A stretch of DNA of 64,000 nt from the human T2T-CHM13v2.0 reference genome, Homo sapiens: assembly GCF_009914755.1 (NCBI RefSeq), contig NC_060938.1. The stretch is one strand, 5' to 3'. Positions within the stretch are counted from its first letter, which is position 1. Every line of letters starts with the position of its first letter. The notes under the pieces are model-generated. The model was given only the letters and a program-made list of their open reading frames with translations, searched no databases and was not told the DNA's origin. The position numbers and the translations under genes were made by a program. Positions 14,837-32,073 of this stretch are shown here, in pieces.

Positions 14837-15701
14837 CTGAAATAAAGCAAAAAGAGACCACCAGAGATTAATTCATGAAAATCACAGGTAGACAGAGGAA
14901 AATGGAAAGCAAAGCCACATGTGGCTATGAAGCTCCTGACTGCATTTTAAAGGACTCTTTCCTAGTTTATGAGAAATAAATTAAACCACGAAGAAAACAG
15001 AATTTTACTGTCACAGGGTATTTGGAATAAGTGGCAATGGACCAACGATTATTTATTAACTGCAGTGCAAAAGGCAACATGCCAAGGACAGTGGCGATTA
15101 CAGATATAAGTCCATAAACTCAAAGAACTTGTACTAATTTATGGGGATAATCATAAACACTGTGTTTTCATTTATCAAGTAAGTGAATGAAAAAATACAT
15201 AACAATAAATACTATCAACATTTAAGGAAAGAAGACTGTACAATGCAGAGAAAGAAAGGCTTTATTGAGGAGGACCTTTAAAGATGGTTTAAACCTGGAC
15301 AGGTAAGAGTAGAGAAAGGCACTGCAAACAGAATGAAGCATAAATGCACATCACATAATCAAAGGAACAAGTACCACGCCAAGGGAAACACAGGAATTTG
15401 GGACTGATGAAAGATGAGTTTGAAAAGGGGACCAGATGTTGGAAAAGAGACCAGATGTTGGAAAGCCAGGTTAAAGAGTTTTAACTATACCCCTTAGAGT
15501 CACTGAAGATTTCTGAACATGAAAAACAAAAGATAGCACTACAAAATTTTCAGTCAGTTTTATTAGTGTTAAAGAGGAAAGATGTTTCTTACTTAACTTT
15601 TAATTGCTCAAAACACCCTATTATCTAACATTAATTCTATAGTACAAACAGTACTATAGTACAAACAGCTCTTATGTCTCTTGAACTTCTGCCATTTTTA
15701 G

Positions 15702-16280
<579 letters not shown>

Positions 16281-16589
16281 GAAAGTTTTAAGTTTCAAAC
16301 ACTGAAAAAAGTCTCAAATTTTGAAATCCAAGTATTAAAGATTTTATAATATCTTTAGACATAACAAATGAGTAGCAATTTTGAATTTTGTATATGAGAT
16401 ATCCCTTGGTTTATGAAAGTAATTTGTTCCTCACAACTTTTCTCTTGGTAGAAAACTTGCTTTCATTAATTTATGTGGAAAAAGTTATAATTAGTTTCCC
16501 CCAAGCAATCACTCATTTAAAAATAAAATCTGAAAAATCACTGTTTCCCCTAATAAAACAAAGACCTCTATAAAACAAGAGCTGAAAGT

Positions 16590-17130
16590 AGATAGGGGAG
16601 CTACTACAAAATAACAAGATACAGCAAAATAACAAAAGGATATGAGACATCAGCAGATACAGCTCAAGAAAGAAATGTAAGAGAAAAGTAAAACCAAAAC
16701 AGAAAAAGAAAAATGCCAAATTGGATGCAGCACAAAGGAGAATAGATATTGTTGAAAATACACGAAGAGACATGGTAATATACTAAGAGCAAAGCAAGCA
16801 ATTAAAATAAAAATTAGCAAAAAACTTAAAAGGACTTCCAAAATAGGCATAACCAATGTTCTCAAAGAAAAAGAATGTGACTCAAAAATGTTAGCATTCA
16901 ATCCATTACATATTTTTATTCAAATACAATGACCCAGATAAGCATTTTTGAACATGAAAGACAGTGGGGAATATAATTCTTATGACCCCTACTTGAGGAT
17001 AAACTTCAGCTAAGCAGAAACCATAGCAAAAGGCCTGGAGGTGAGCTTTGAATTCATTCAACTGTAGAGCTATGACTAAAACAAAACAGGAGATTATGAT
17101 TGCACAACAGAATGTCAACGTTATGAACCC
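16590..17130 (+). mobile_element. HAL1/L1 ORF1-like fossil
   Basis: A-rich strand; frame reads KLDAAQRRIDIVENT, resembling the L1 ORF1 coiled coil. Confidence 0.5.
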
Positions 17131-17895
17131 TAATAATATGTTTTCTAAAAAAACACATTGCTTTCATTAATGATAAAATCACTAAAGTAAACATCACCAG
17201 AATACCTAGGCAACAATTCACAAACCTTACAAAATTATTTTACATTTAGTTCTCAAACACTTTCAGAATTAATGAATGATACACCAGTGTTCTATTAAAT
17301 TATAAAGTGAAATGATTCCTTGATGCCTATGTCCAAGTCTCTTTCTTTGGATTGTTTTTGTTGTTTGATTGGTTGAATTGCTGTTGTTTGGTTTGTAAAA
17401 TTAAAGTGTAATACGGGCAAGTACTTCCGAAAGAGCCTACTCTTGATCTCTAGAAATTTCTTTGGGAAGAATCTGGCAGTCACTGAATTGAAGACTATAA
17501 AAACTTATTCAGTCATTCAAGCCACAGAGGACCCCGGCCTAATTAGAATTCTCCCTCTCTAGCTGCCTTCTCCTAGTGCTTTTCAGAGATCAGCTTTTTT
17601 TCTGGACCTGTGTAGTGAATTGTGGACCTGGGTAAAGAAACCCATACATGCTAGTCAATTAAGTGAAAAGCTACTCAAGCATCTCAAAAAGTGAACGTCT
17701 AACCTTGGAAACATTAAATAATTTTGCATCGCTAACAGCCTCAGCAGCTGATTTTTTTATTATTGAAAATTGTTTGCATGACTGAAATAAGGATATGTGT
17801 GATATGTTAGACATCTCTGTTTCTTTGGCCTACTTCAATTTACACAAACAGGAAATATTTTTCCAGTTCACAACTTCCTTTAATATGTGTTATTC

Positions 17896-18191
<296 letters not shown>

Positions 18192-18819
18192 GTGTTATTC
18201 ATTATTTAGTCTAATTTTGGGATTGCGATATTATAAAAATACAATTGAGAGTTTAAAAAGCCCATATTCAGTCAACAAAGTATCTTCTTTGGCTGTATGT
18301 TACAGTGGTTTCCAAACTGTTTTGGTCTCACAACCCTAAGAAGTACAAGATTTGTGGGCATATACTCCACAACATGAATATACTTATTTATAGAGGAGCA
18401 CATATGTTATTATATTAATATACTATGTACATGGTTAAAGTATAGAAATTTCTAAAGAATTAAAGATAAAATATTTTATTAATGGCAAATAACTTTCTGA
18501 TGTCTCTAGAAATTATTAATACTTAACCAGAACAATGTACATTAATATACTCTATTATTTCTGAAAATCTTGGCTTAATATTTTATAAGTGAGCAATTTA
18601 AAATTCAACTTGTTTTGATACTTGGTTTTAATGGACAGTATAGGTACCTCATGTAAATACATAGATCTAAATGGGAAAAGCTCATCATGCCACTGACTCC
18701 ATCCTCTGATAATGCAAAGGTTTAGGAATTTGAAAATTTGTTTTGTTTTCTGAAATTATTATTTTGTTGTTAATGCCAACTAAAATTCAGCTAGTAAAGT
18801 CCATCTTCCCTGATATCTT

Positions 18820-19250
18820 GCTATTGAATTATATATATAATTATGTATGTTTATATATGTTAATCATATATACAATTATTAATAATATATAATTCTGTTG
18901 TATATAACTGATTATATTATATAATTATATATTGCATATATAATTAAATAAATGCAATTAATTATATATTATAGATTACATATATAATTAAATAATTATA
19001 TATTACATATTACATATGCTTAAACATCTATAATTATATATTACACATATACAATTATATACATTTATATAATTCCAATCATAATTATATATTACATATA
19101 TAGTTCAATATATAATTATATATATAATTCAATAGCTTTAATACATTTTCAAGATATACTCTAACCTATGGAAAGATGGACATATAAATACATACATATA
19201 TATATATATTTTATATATATATATTTTATATATATATATATACACACACA
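18820..19250. repeat. AT-rich low-complexity/(TA)n region with 25-bp inverted repeats at 18820 and 19136
   Basis: 18820-18844 is the exact reverse complement of 19112-19136. Confidence 0.9.
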
Positions 19251-19254
19251 TATT

Positions 19255-19921
<667 letters not shown>

Positions 19922-20544
19922 TGAATTTTAATAGGTGACATTATGTTTTAAAATAAAATAACATTTTCAAACATCTATTTCAAAAATGTTCTCCCTGTAG
20001 CATAGCTTTTCTTCTAAGAAGGTGTTACTTTCTCATTCATCGTTAAAACATTGCCTGTATCTTGAATGGCTATATTTAAATACATTTTTCAAAAATCTCT
20101 ATAAGGTAGTATCTACTAAAACCATTTAACACATAAAGTTCATCATATTTGGACAACTTGTCTTTTTGTAAAAAGAAAATGAGTATCAATTTTTAGTTCC
20201 TTTGTTAAAAACAACTTTTGTATGGTAGAAGTATATTGATATTCACTACCTATCTCATCACAAAATACAAAGATGCTACATTTTAAAGGATTTGCTTTTA
20301 CAAAATCAGCTAAGTAATGTTTTCCCATAAGCATTTTGTATGCATCTGGCTTTAACTTCTTTGCTCTTCTTCAATAGCTTGCTCAGTAGCTTGCTTGTCA
20401 ATGATGCAGCAAATGAATTTCATATATGTCACTGTTAATGATAATAACTGCAAATCTTCATTCAAATAACCTATTTACTAATTTCTATTGAGAAGGGCTG
20501 GCTCTGGTCATATTTCATTAAGTTACTTTTATCCCAAATGGGAA

Positions 20545-21039
20545 CATCTGCCAGATGTCCCCCAATATCCATTCTCTCCCCCTCTTCCTTGGTATCAGAA
20601 CCTCTATTCGTGGGCACATCATTGCCCAGAGCAAAGACTACATTTTCCAAAACCCTTCCCCCTTGCAGCCGTGCATGGCCTTGGAACTAAGTTTTGGTCA
20701 CTGGGTTGTAAGTGGAAATAATATATTCCTGAAAAGGAGTGCATACCTTCTACTTTCTTTTCCTCCTAACCAGCTGGAATTCAGATTTGACTGCTGAAAC
20801 TTAATATTTGACTGCTGAAACTTAAGCAACCATCTTGAAGCAAGAGGGAGAAGCCAGGTGTTGATACAGCCAGAGCAACAAGAAAAGGGGCAATCTGGAT
20901 CCTTCCCGACTGTGTGGTCAACATTCGCCCCTGGTTTGCCTATGTTTATATGGCAGAGAAATGAATTTCTATATTTTTTGAGTTTCCGTTCTTTTGGGTT
21001 TTCTGGCTCTCACTGGTGTGCTGAACGCTAATGAATACA
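20545..21039 (+). mobile_element. Old MLT1 (MaLR) LTR
   Basis: gactacattttcc...cttgcagc motif; ends in ctaatgaataca. Confidence 0.65.
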
Positions 21040-21738
21040 CCTGTTAACAGGGTTGATGAAGAGCTCATGCTGGGAGTCAGAGAAGAGACAGCTCTGCTGT
21101 GTTCTCACGTCAGCATGTGTTTGCACTATTAATATTACCTTCAATCTGCAGTTTCCTAACAAAAACTGCTTTTAAGCCACTTGTCCATTTTGTCAGGATT
21201 CGTTCATAAGAACCACATAATATAATCTTTAAATCCACTTTATCAGGTATGTGTGAAAAGCAACATGTGTCAGTAGCTTTGAAAGCAAGGGAACAAGGAG
21301 GCTACCATCAGGCAACTCCAGCTGTTCTCTCCAGCCAACTCAAGAACCACATGTAACCTGTGTTTGTCTGAAATACAGACCATGTGAGGACACCAGCATC
21401 CATGCTAAATATTACTAAAGCTCCATTTTCCCTTGGTTCACACATAAGTATCTGAAGAAGTTCTTTCTTCCTGTTCCTCTCCTGCCCCTACTCATAAGTG
21501 CTTGTATGCACCTGCCTGGTGTGCAAGCGCTCCCCCAACTTTACAGTTCACTGTCAGGGGCATGGAAGGACTCATAGCTAACTATAGATTTCCCTCCTGG
21601 ACCATGACACTATGCTGCAAGAGAAAAATGTTCCAGACTCAAAAATCAGAATAAATAAGTTCTTTCCATAAAGTCAAAAACATGTAAAAGCAAATGGTAA
21701 ATCAAAAGGTGGTGTACAGAAGGATTTTGATGCCTTAC

Positions 21739-21829
21739 CTGAATACCTCAAGAACAGTCCTTTCCGGTAATTTGGGAGCCACCTGCCTAAATGCTTTTTT
21801 GAAATCTTCCAAAGTTAAAAATCCACGAT
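21739..21829 (-). CDS. EFCAB11: EFCAB11 coding exon 5 ([31 protein letters not shown])
   Basis: acceptor caaatag|AT, donor CAG|GTAAGG; 91 nt (cumulative CDS 410 nt); degenerate EF-hand [12 protein letters not shown] spans exons 4-5. Confidence 0.95.
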
Positions 21830-22718
21830 CTATTTGAAAACAATAAAAAATATTCACTTACTTTAATAAGACCTATCAACTGTTACTTCAGCCATAACAT
21901 TTGTGCAAAACTTATTTTAATATATTACTAGGAGAAAAGCAGTAGTTTACGATTGATTTCACAGATAAGGTAATCTGAGATTGTCTCATCGGAATAATTT
22001 AAGATTCTAATAATACTTTCCTTCAGTGCAGTCCCGGCTGATCTTGAAGGTCACTTCTGGCCCTATCATTTTGCTGATTCTCTCAGTACCAGAGATAGCA
22101 CTATATAGAGACATGCACTCTAACAACGGTGTTAGACTTTGAGTCTTTGCGAGTTGCCAAAACAATGCAGTCTTCAAAATGCATGTTTTTTCCTTTGCGT
22201 GGTATTAGAATCATGAAATATTTAGAAGGAAACCATAACAGCAGTCAAGACACTGACCCTAGACTCCATGAGTCTTTTCATTCTGTGTATGATCTGTGGG
22301 GCCTAGGGGGTCTACAGCCACCCACCCCTCTCAGCCACACCCTATGGGGGAAAACAATTCCACCAATCATATGTAGGTCAGAGCAAGAGTTGATGAAGAA
22401 GCCACACGGTCTCCCACACCTCCATAGGTGGCTCATGGCCTATATCCCCCAGGGCCAGTCCTTTTGCAGTCCCCATGACAATCAAGGTACAATATATTAG
22501 TACAACTATATAACTGTAAATACTATTTCATCTATGGTAAATGTCAAGAAATCACGACGGAGAAAAAAATGTGCATCAATACCTAAGGTAACAGCTAATG
22601 AATACAGTAATATAATCTTCCAAGTATATTATATATTTGATTTACTGGGTATATAATCCTATTTGCAATCCCTTAAAAGTAATTTTTTTTTACATCAAAA
22701 CACTTTAGAGACACTTAC

Positions 22719-22820
22719 AGTAGGTGTCAAAGGCTGTGAAGATGTGTCTTACTTCATTCCGATATCGTTGAGCTTCCTTCTTTTTCCTGACAATATTTAA
22801 AAACCCCTCGAGTAATATAC
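22719..22820 (-). CDS. EFCAB11: EFCAB11 coding exon 4 (GILLEGFLNIVRKKKEAQRYRNEVRHIFTAFDTY-Y)
   Basis: acceptor cttttag|GT, donor ACT|GTAAGT; 102 nt; lies inside ORF 22705..22920. Confidence 0.95.
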
Positions 22821-23809
22821 CTAAAAGTTGGGGAAAAAACAATTTGTCAAAGATTATTGTCTTCCTCTTTAAGAAAAAATTAAACAGAAATGGACAGTAA
22901 TAAATCCCACCAATAATCAAATTTTATCTTAATTTTGGTGAACAGTATTTACTCAAGATCTGTGAAGTTTCCTGAAGACCGAAAAAGGCATTTTGCTAAA
23001 TGCTAACATTTAACAGACCCAACACTAGAAATCAATAGTGAAAACACAAGACACTTTTAGGGTTCACTGAGCTTTTTCCAGGGGTAAAGGAATGGTGACC
23101 TTGAAAAAACTGTAACACTCTTCCCTCTAACAGATCTAATAGGCATGAAACTACTTATTAAACAAGGTCTCATAATTTTTGTTTCCTTATGCTTCTTTGA
23201 TCCCTTTTTTCCTAGCCAGATGTCACTATGGCAGGTTTTTTTCCAACTGGGAGATCGGGTCAGAGAAGTAGTTTCTTAAAAGTCAATACCAATTGTACAC
23301 CACAGATAAAGGTGGGGAGAATATTACATAAACAATACAGCTGGCACCATCTCCAGCCCTGGATACGCCCCACAACGTGTGGAGCAGCCTCAGGCTCAGC
23401 TTCCTGCGACTCTCATAATAAAAGAGCCCAGCATGATAAAATGAGATTGGATACTGTGCTTACAATGTCTATTAAAACGAATTCTAATGTGATCTTTGTA
23501 GTAGGTTTAAAGAGCGAAGCCAAGAATTTAAACATTTTAGTGAACTGAGCTCTACATATATAAAAAGAGCGGTTCATTTTTATAACTCAGAATTTCCATA
23601 AAAAAATTATCACTCTGTTTTAAAAATAGCCTCCAATCATACAATAACCACATGCACATTTTTTCTTTTAGTGATGTAATACTAAGCTGTATACCTTTTC
23701 TAAAATAGTTCCAATCATTTAAGAAAATGTAGAAATGATTTTCTTAATTTCCTACATCTTTATTTACATTTAAAGATTTATAAACTGAAAAAGAAATCTG
23801 TCTCTTTTT

Positions 23810-24750
23810 AAATGATTCCTTTTAGGACCTACTATGGGCCAGGCACTGTATTAAGCTTTGGAAATAGAGGGGAAAAGAGAATACACATGATTCCAGTCCC
23901 AAGGGAGCTACTGATCTGGTGGGGAAGGCAGTCATTACACAGGTTCAACTGCAAATGCACACCTCATTACAAACTGTGGCATGGGCAATGAGGGGAAAGA
24001 CAGGAGGTTGTGAAAAAGATTCACAGGAATCCTCATGTCAAGTAGACTCTGGTGACAGAGAGAGCCCTTCAAGGAGGAGATATTTAAGCCAAGACCTAAA
24101 CCATGAGACAATACCAACTGCCTAATGTTGGGAAGAAGAGCATTGCTGGCAGTAGGAACAGCCTGTGCCGAGGCTGTTGTGTGGCAAGGTGGGAAAATGA
24201 AAAAAGGCTGCTGTGGCTGGAACAAAGTGAGCCAGAGAGAAGTGATACAAGATGAGGTTGGGGAGGGCAGCAGGGGTCAAAACTCACAGGCTCTTGTGGG
24301 CCACAGTAAATAATTTGGGTTTTATTTAAGTGGCAATAGGAAGTCAACAGAAGGTTTGAATTGGGAAGTTACATGATCTTTCTGGCTATTATCCTGATAA
24401 AAGGACGGAGGTGGGGGAGCAAAAATGTAAAAAGAGAGACCAGTTAGGAGCCTACTGGCAAGAGATGTGGTTGCCAGGTTGCTGGCAGTGGGGATGAGAG
24501 GAGTGGAAGGTTTCCAGATATATTTTAGAATCTAAATGACATAGCTTGATGAAGAACTAGATGTGGCAGGTGAGAAAGAAAGAGATGTCAAGAATATCCC
24601 GTAGATTCTGGCTTGAAGAGCTACTTAAAGAGAGGAGAAAGTCTGGGGGAAGAGCAAAATTGGGGCGAGATGAAGAGTTGCCATTCAGCTGTGTGAAGTG
24701 TTCAGTGCTCTGGAGACAACCAAGAGGAGAAGTTCAGGAGGTGGCCGGCT
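23810..24750 (-). mobile_element. L2 fragment
   Basis: acctactatgggccaggcactgt, the L2 3' end in reverse, followed by a purine-rich L2 body. Confidence 0.75.
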
Positions 24751-25592
24751 GTCTTCTAGGCAACAGGGCATATCTCCCTCACCTACCAGAGTGCCTGGCA
24801 GGTGCTCAATCATACGTACTGTAGCAAATTAGCATATGTAGCATTTTTTTCCATAGTTGTGGGGAATACATATTGATGCAGCTCCATTCTTATCTAATTA
24901 CCCTTGTGACAGAGAACATAATGACAAATTGTTAGCTGAGGTTAAAATTGAAGTCTAGCTATGCCATGTGCCCATAAGATCATATCCATAACTTTAGCTT
25001 CATGAACACCAAAATCTAGTCAATTAAGTAGCATCTAGAGTAGCCGAAATTCTTGAATAATGTATTCACTGATAATGGCATGTCCTAGGAGACCCTTCAG
25101 AAACGTACCCCAGTCCACCTCTCAAGGCTTCCTAGTCAACTTCCTGGTGCTTCCCCAAGCCAAGAGGCCCTTTCGCACTCCACACCTTTGCATGTATAGA
25201 ACACACTGCCTGGAATAATGCACTTTCTCCTTTTTTCTCCTAGTGAATATTTGTATCTCCTTCCAGATGCAACCCAGGCATCATCTCCTGTTTGAATATG
25301 TCTCTGATTTCTCTCAGCTAAGTCCTTTTTCTGTGACCCGACGGCCCTTTGTTCATCATGCAATCATAGAAGTGATTAGGATCTACGGTAATTATTTGGC
25401 CACATGTCTGCCTGAGACATGCTGAGGGAAAGCAGTGTATAGTGTTCTCAAAATTTTATCCCATGTTTAGCATGATGCCTAGCAGACAGTAGGCATTCAT
25501 TACATGTTTGCTGAGTAAGTAACATTCAATGAATAATAACAAACAAGATGTTATTTCTAGTTTTTAGCAAAAAGCATTAAAATGCATGTGGG

Positions 25593-25769
25593 TTTTTTTT
25601 TTTTTTTTTCCTAGAGACAGGGTCTTGCTCTCTTGCCCAGGCTGGAGTGCAAAGGCTAGTCACAGGCATGGCCACAGCGCACTGCAGCCTCAAAATCCTA
25701 GCCTCAAGTTATCCCCCACCTCAGTCTCCCCAGTAGCCGGAACTAAAGGCATATGCCACCATGCCAGGC
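25593..25769 (-). mobile_element. Alu monomer (FRAM/AluJ right arm)
   Basis: poly-T followed by agagacagggtcttgctc. Confidence 0.85.
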
Positions 25770-25786
25770 TTAAAATGTGTGTTTTA

Positions 25787-26220
<434 letters not shown>

Positions 26221-27737
26221 CCCATGTTTTAAATGATCTTATAACTCTGTAAATGAATGCCAAAAAGTAGGTCTCTTTCTATTCACATAGCCAGCAAAAT
26301 AAACTGTCACTTCAGAAACTCCAATTTCTTAAAACATATGATATAGTAAAAACCAAACAAAATTCAGAGAGAACTACATCGATAATATTTGCTCTTATCA
26401 TTGCATTTGACTTAGAGAAGTGATAAAGGGAAAAAAGCACAATTCCTGGTTCATCGTGTAATTCACAAGGAAAAAAAAGGACCTGAGTGGTGATATCTTT
26501 TAAATTACATATTCAGATAACTCATGAGTATTTGGAGCTGTGAAGTATTCAGGTCTTTATTTTACAATATTGTAGGATAAAAACAAACAGTCTTTAGCTT
26601 TTACTAGGAGAAAATGTATGTGGATTTAAACTGTATGCCTATTACCACTTAAAAGGAAAACCCATCCAATAACAAAAATTACTCCGTATGTGTAATCAAT
26701 TTCTTTCACACTATTTTCCCACACAATCATATGCTTTTATTTCTTAAAGTCCATACTCTAGGGGTTAAACTCATCAAGCATATATTGTGTGAACATATCC
26801 CCTCCCTTCTATGCCTTTAATTGTCTTAATCTTCTAACGCAACATTTATCCAAATACAAGACCCTTTTCTAAAAAGCACAGAGGAGTTTTTGTTCAGCTC
26901 GGCTCTCATGTTGTAGTAATATGATCACTTTCCAAAGCCAATACATAGTAACATGCTATTCCTGAAGCTCTGCAATGAAAACACATTAATGTAAGCTGTA
27001 TACATCTAGCTCTTTAAATAACCTAGAAATAGAGTTCCTACTACTAGCTCCACCTGCTGTCACAACATTCAAACCTAAAATTACCACTTCACAAAGGCTT
27101 TCAGTAATTCTACTGACATCAGATTTCATACCCAATAAGAAATATATTACCTGTGTCCCCTCCCACCCCGCCTCCAGAGGAAGAATATGTTCAGAAAATT
27201 CTAATTTCAAATACAATGTTGAGTCATTTGTGCACACTGTTCCACTACTAATAGTTACCTAAACATCCTTTACTGTGGTTACAAATTAGCATCACAACCT
27301 TAGGAACCACACAGATCTATGTGTTTATCTGTGTTTATTATTAATATGTCTGCAGAAGGTATTCAGAAATTGCCTGGGTCATTAGACTCTATCAATAGTT
27401 GGCAAACTATTTCTTTTTTCAGCTGTAGGAAAGATTCTTCTTTATATGAAAATGGAAAGCCTCATGTGTAGAGGAGATGAAGGAAGAACTATTTGGTTTG
27501 AAGTGGGTGGGCTTCCCATTCTTCCCTATCCAACAGTGTCTTTGAATGTGTCCCCAAAGGATCTAGGATTGAGGTTTGTGGTTTAAAGACCACTGGACCA
27601 ATGATCTTTACAAATCCTTCTTGACCCTGCAAGTCCATGCATTTTTTTGTACAACTGGAAAACATCTCCTTCCATTTTATAAACAATCCTTGGTAAAATG
27701 GACTCTCTTCATGTTCTATAACATATATATATATATT

Positions 27738-28017
<280 letters not shown>

Positions 28018-28832
28018 AACATGTACATATTTTTTAGTTTCCAAACTACTTAATACATGTATATATATCTATGACAGATATATATATAGAGAGAGAGAGA
28101 CTAGAAAGATTATTTTTTTTTACTTGTTTGTTTTTAAGCAGTTTCTTAGGAGGGTAATCATCTTTCACCACAGGGGAAGATAAATTCAAAAAGTCTAACA
28201 AAACTATATAAATTTTTTACTTGAAAGTTCCATTAAGTATAGTTTTTTGTGGTTCACAGTTCTAAGCTTCAGGGTCAGTGCACACAGAGAAATCCTCTTG
28301 AAAATGAAGGAGTCTAGCATCTGGCTATCACAGTGAGCTCAACTTAGAAACTGCAATAAACCTGGGGAGAGTGAAGGAGAAAACAATAAAAATCGCAAGT
28401 TATTTGGACAGTAAGCCTGGTCCTAGATTTAGTAGAAAGGAAGGGTTCATGTTCATTGTGTCACATATTGATTTTTCCAGGAGTTAAAAAAATGCTTAAA
28501 AATTAGGGTTTAAAAGGATGAAGCAGTCTTTCAAAAGACATAATGCCTTCTCTAGTCTGAGACACAAAATTCAAATTATGACTTTTGGAGGCCATGACAG
28601 TGAAGGGGTGGGAGAAGGATATAATGTGTTCGCACAGAAAGACTGCAAGGATGGTAGGTGAAAGTGACTTCAAAAATAGTGAGTTGTCACCTATGATAAA
28701 TGAATTCAGAGGATAATATTTTCTTCCAGCTTACTATGGATGTGTAGGGAAATAAAGAGAAAATAATCTACCTTAATGGAAGAAATCAAGTTTTACTATA
28801 TAATTGGAGGGAAAATGAGTAAAAACAGTTAG

Positions 28833-29181
<349 letters not shown>

Positions 29182-29947
29182 ACCAGTTACAGTAGAATAG
29201 AGAAATCTGAACCAATAAAATCTTATTTCTATCAAACCCAGGCAGGAATTGTTACTTTTTTATTATACACATCTCCTGCTCATAAAGCTTAAAAGGTTCC
29301 TCAGTGTCAAACACCACAAAGTCCTAATACCTTATTCTGGACTTTAAAGCTTCATCCTTCCTTCCGTGCACACCGGTCCTTAATCCTTCCCAGCTCTCAT
29401 CATGCCAGCTGACTCGGCTGGACACAATTCATTTATAGTTACATACTATATTCCTTGCTGTTGCAGAGGTTAAAAAAAAAAAAGTAAAAATCCAAGAAGA
29501 GTAGATTCTGTTAATGGGAGGACTGCATTAACAGCATGATAGCTGATATATTTAGGTATGCAAATCTGAGATGGGCGAGAGATTTGTAAAAGAACAGGGA
29601 TCTAGGAAGAAAAGATTTCAGGCACTGACGTGGACAGCACAGAAGAGGGTCTCTGAAGAACTCTACACAGAGAGCACAGCACCAGCAACAGGAGCAGGAG
29701 GCGGGGCACACAGCTGGCACCTGCCCTGCATTCATTTACCGCCTCTTTTCTCCTTTGCTCCATCACTATTTCAAATCCCACCCATCCTTCAGCATGTCCA
29801 GCTCCAGGCCCACACCTCCTCTAGGGGGCAGTGCTGCCCTCCTGAACTCTTAGAGGTTTTCTTGCCTATAATAGTAATATAACATCTGGCCGTAAAAGAA
29901 GTGGCAATATTTCTTTCATCTTCCCTATCACATAAGATATATACACA

Positions 29948-30231
<284 letters not shown>

Positions 30232-31769
30232 CACATAAAATATATATTTTTAAATGTCTTTAGGTCAGTGTCTGTGTCTCCTAATTCTTCCCCATCTGTA
30301 TAGTGAAACATATTCACTGTTTTCTAAATGGGTAATTAAATAAACATGGATGGGTGAATATCTGTAGGAGATTCCATAAAATGCTACGATTATAATTTCA
30401 AAATAAGGTAACCTTAATGTGTATGCAGTTTCCTGATTATAGAAAAGAACTAAGAAGCCAATTGAAATCTGAAATCAACCAAAACCTTCATCCCTGCTAT
30501 ACCTTGATCTTTGTTCCATAGGAGCCAAAATAAAAAACCATACACAACAGCAGGTGTTTTATGACAGAAACTAAGACCAGAAAAAGGATATTTAAATTTA
30601 GAAAAATAATACCTTTAATAGTCAACTGTCTTGTTTAGAACAAGCCAGACAAGATATTAATAAATAAAAGCATGCAAGCCAACTGACCATTAACCTACTC
30701 ATCCACAAATTATTTTTCAATTGGACCTTACACTGGATAGCAGTCACACAGTCCATAATTACTGCTATGATGAATCAATCGCTTTGATTTTTCCATCATT
30801 CAAAGTTGAGGGTTAAAAGTAAGTTCCTGGAAAGCTTTTTCAAGTATCAAAGTAGAATATGTTCATTAATTTAAAATGGCAATAGTATAAGGAAACAGAA
30901 AAGATGCTCAATCTAATCGCCTAGTGAAAACAAAATTCTGAAGTCCTTTTTTCTGGTTTTTAATCTTAGGCATATTTTACATAGATCCGAGATAATAACA
31001 AAGAGACAAATGTATGAGGATTCAGTGGGACAATGCTCATTCAGTTCTTATTTATAGCTTTTAGCATAAAGAAAAGCCCTGTAAATCTTAGCTGTTGTTA
31101 TTTATATAGAATGATCTACAATTTATTCTGGAATAAAGTCAGACCACCTGAGATATGTATACTTGGAACACATAGCCTTTGCCCTTCATAGAATTGCCCT
31201 GACATTAAACACTGGTCTACATTGAGAAAAGATGAAGCAACAGCCTTACAAAATTCACTACTGCATTTATTGAACAGCTCATCGACACTGACATCCACTC
31301 AGCAGCCTCCCCTCCATGAGACATCACAGAAGAACTATCCCAGGGCAGGAGGACTTATGCCTCTCTAGAAAAATTGTTTTGTTGCATGGACCCTGACTGC
31401 AGCTGTGCTTGCTCGTGTTTTCCTATTTGTTCTGGATGCTAGGTAGTCCAGAACCAAATTTGAAATTAATGCCTAACAACTATAGAGAACATGGTGATTT
31501 GTTTTTCGTGTATTGATTCTACTCCTGACTTCAACTCATTGATTCATAAAGTTCCTTAGGGGAATGAATACTGGCCTCGATTTTGTCACAATTAGGAGTA
31601 TGACCCATGGCACTATTAAAAATCAAAGGAAGGGCTCATCAATTGGTTAAGAGGGTGAGCTAGAAGGTCAGATCACGTTGGTCTGGTACTTACTAGCTAC
31701 CGGTGCCACTCTGGGCAAATTATTTAATCTTGCTAGGCTTCTGGATTTATTTATTTTTTATTTTTAAAC

Positions 31770-32040
31770 TTTTTAGTACTTTTTTTTTTTTTTCAGAGAT
31801 ATGGTCTTGCTCTGTTGCCCAGGCTGGTCTCAAACTCCTGGACTCAAGTGATCTTCCCACCTCAGCCTCCCAAGTAGCTGGGAATATAGGTGCATACCGC
31901 CATGAATGGCCAGAGTTTTTTAACTTCTAAAATGGGGATAGCCAGGCACAGTGGCTCATGCCTGTAATCCCAGCACTTTGGGAGGCTAAGGTGGGAGGAT
32001 CACTTGAGCCCAGGAGTTAGAGACCCTGTCTCAAAAATAA
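31770..32040. mobile_element. Two oppositely oriented Alu monomers (FLAM-like: 31770-31911 minus, 31940-32040 plus) nested in a MIR
   Basis: MIR core pieces on both sides and between them (aaaatggggata). Confidence 0.8.
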
Positions 32041-32073
32041 TCATCTAAAATGATAAATAAAATATAATGAGGA

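Noticed and set aside
15428-15668. Short tandem duplications (gaccagatgttggaaa x2; ctatagtacaaacag x2; similar ones at 20785 and 56720)
   Set aside because: Ordinary slippage duplications with no evidence of function
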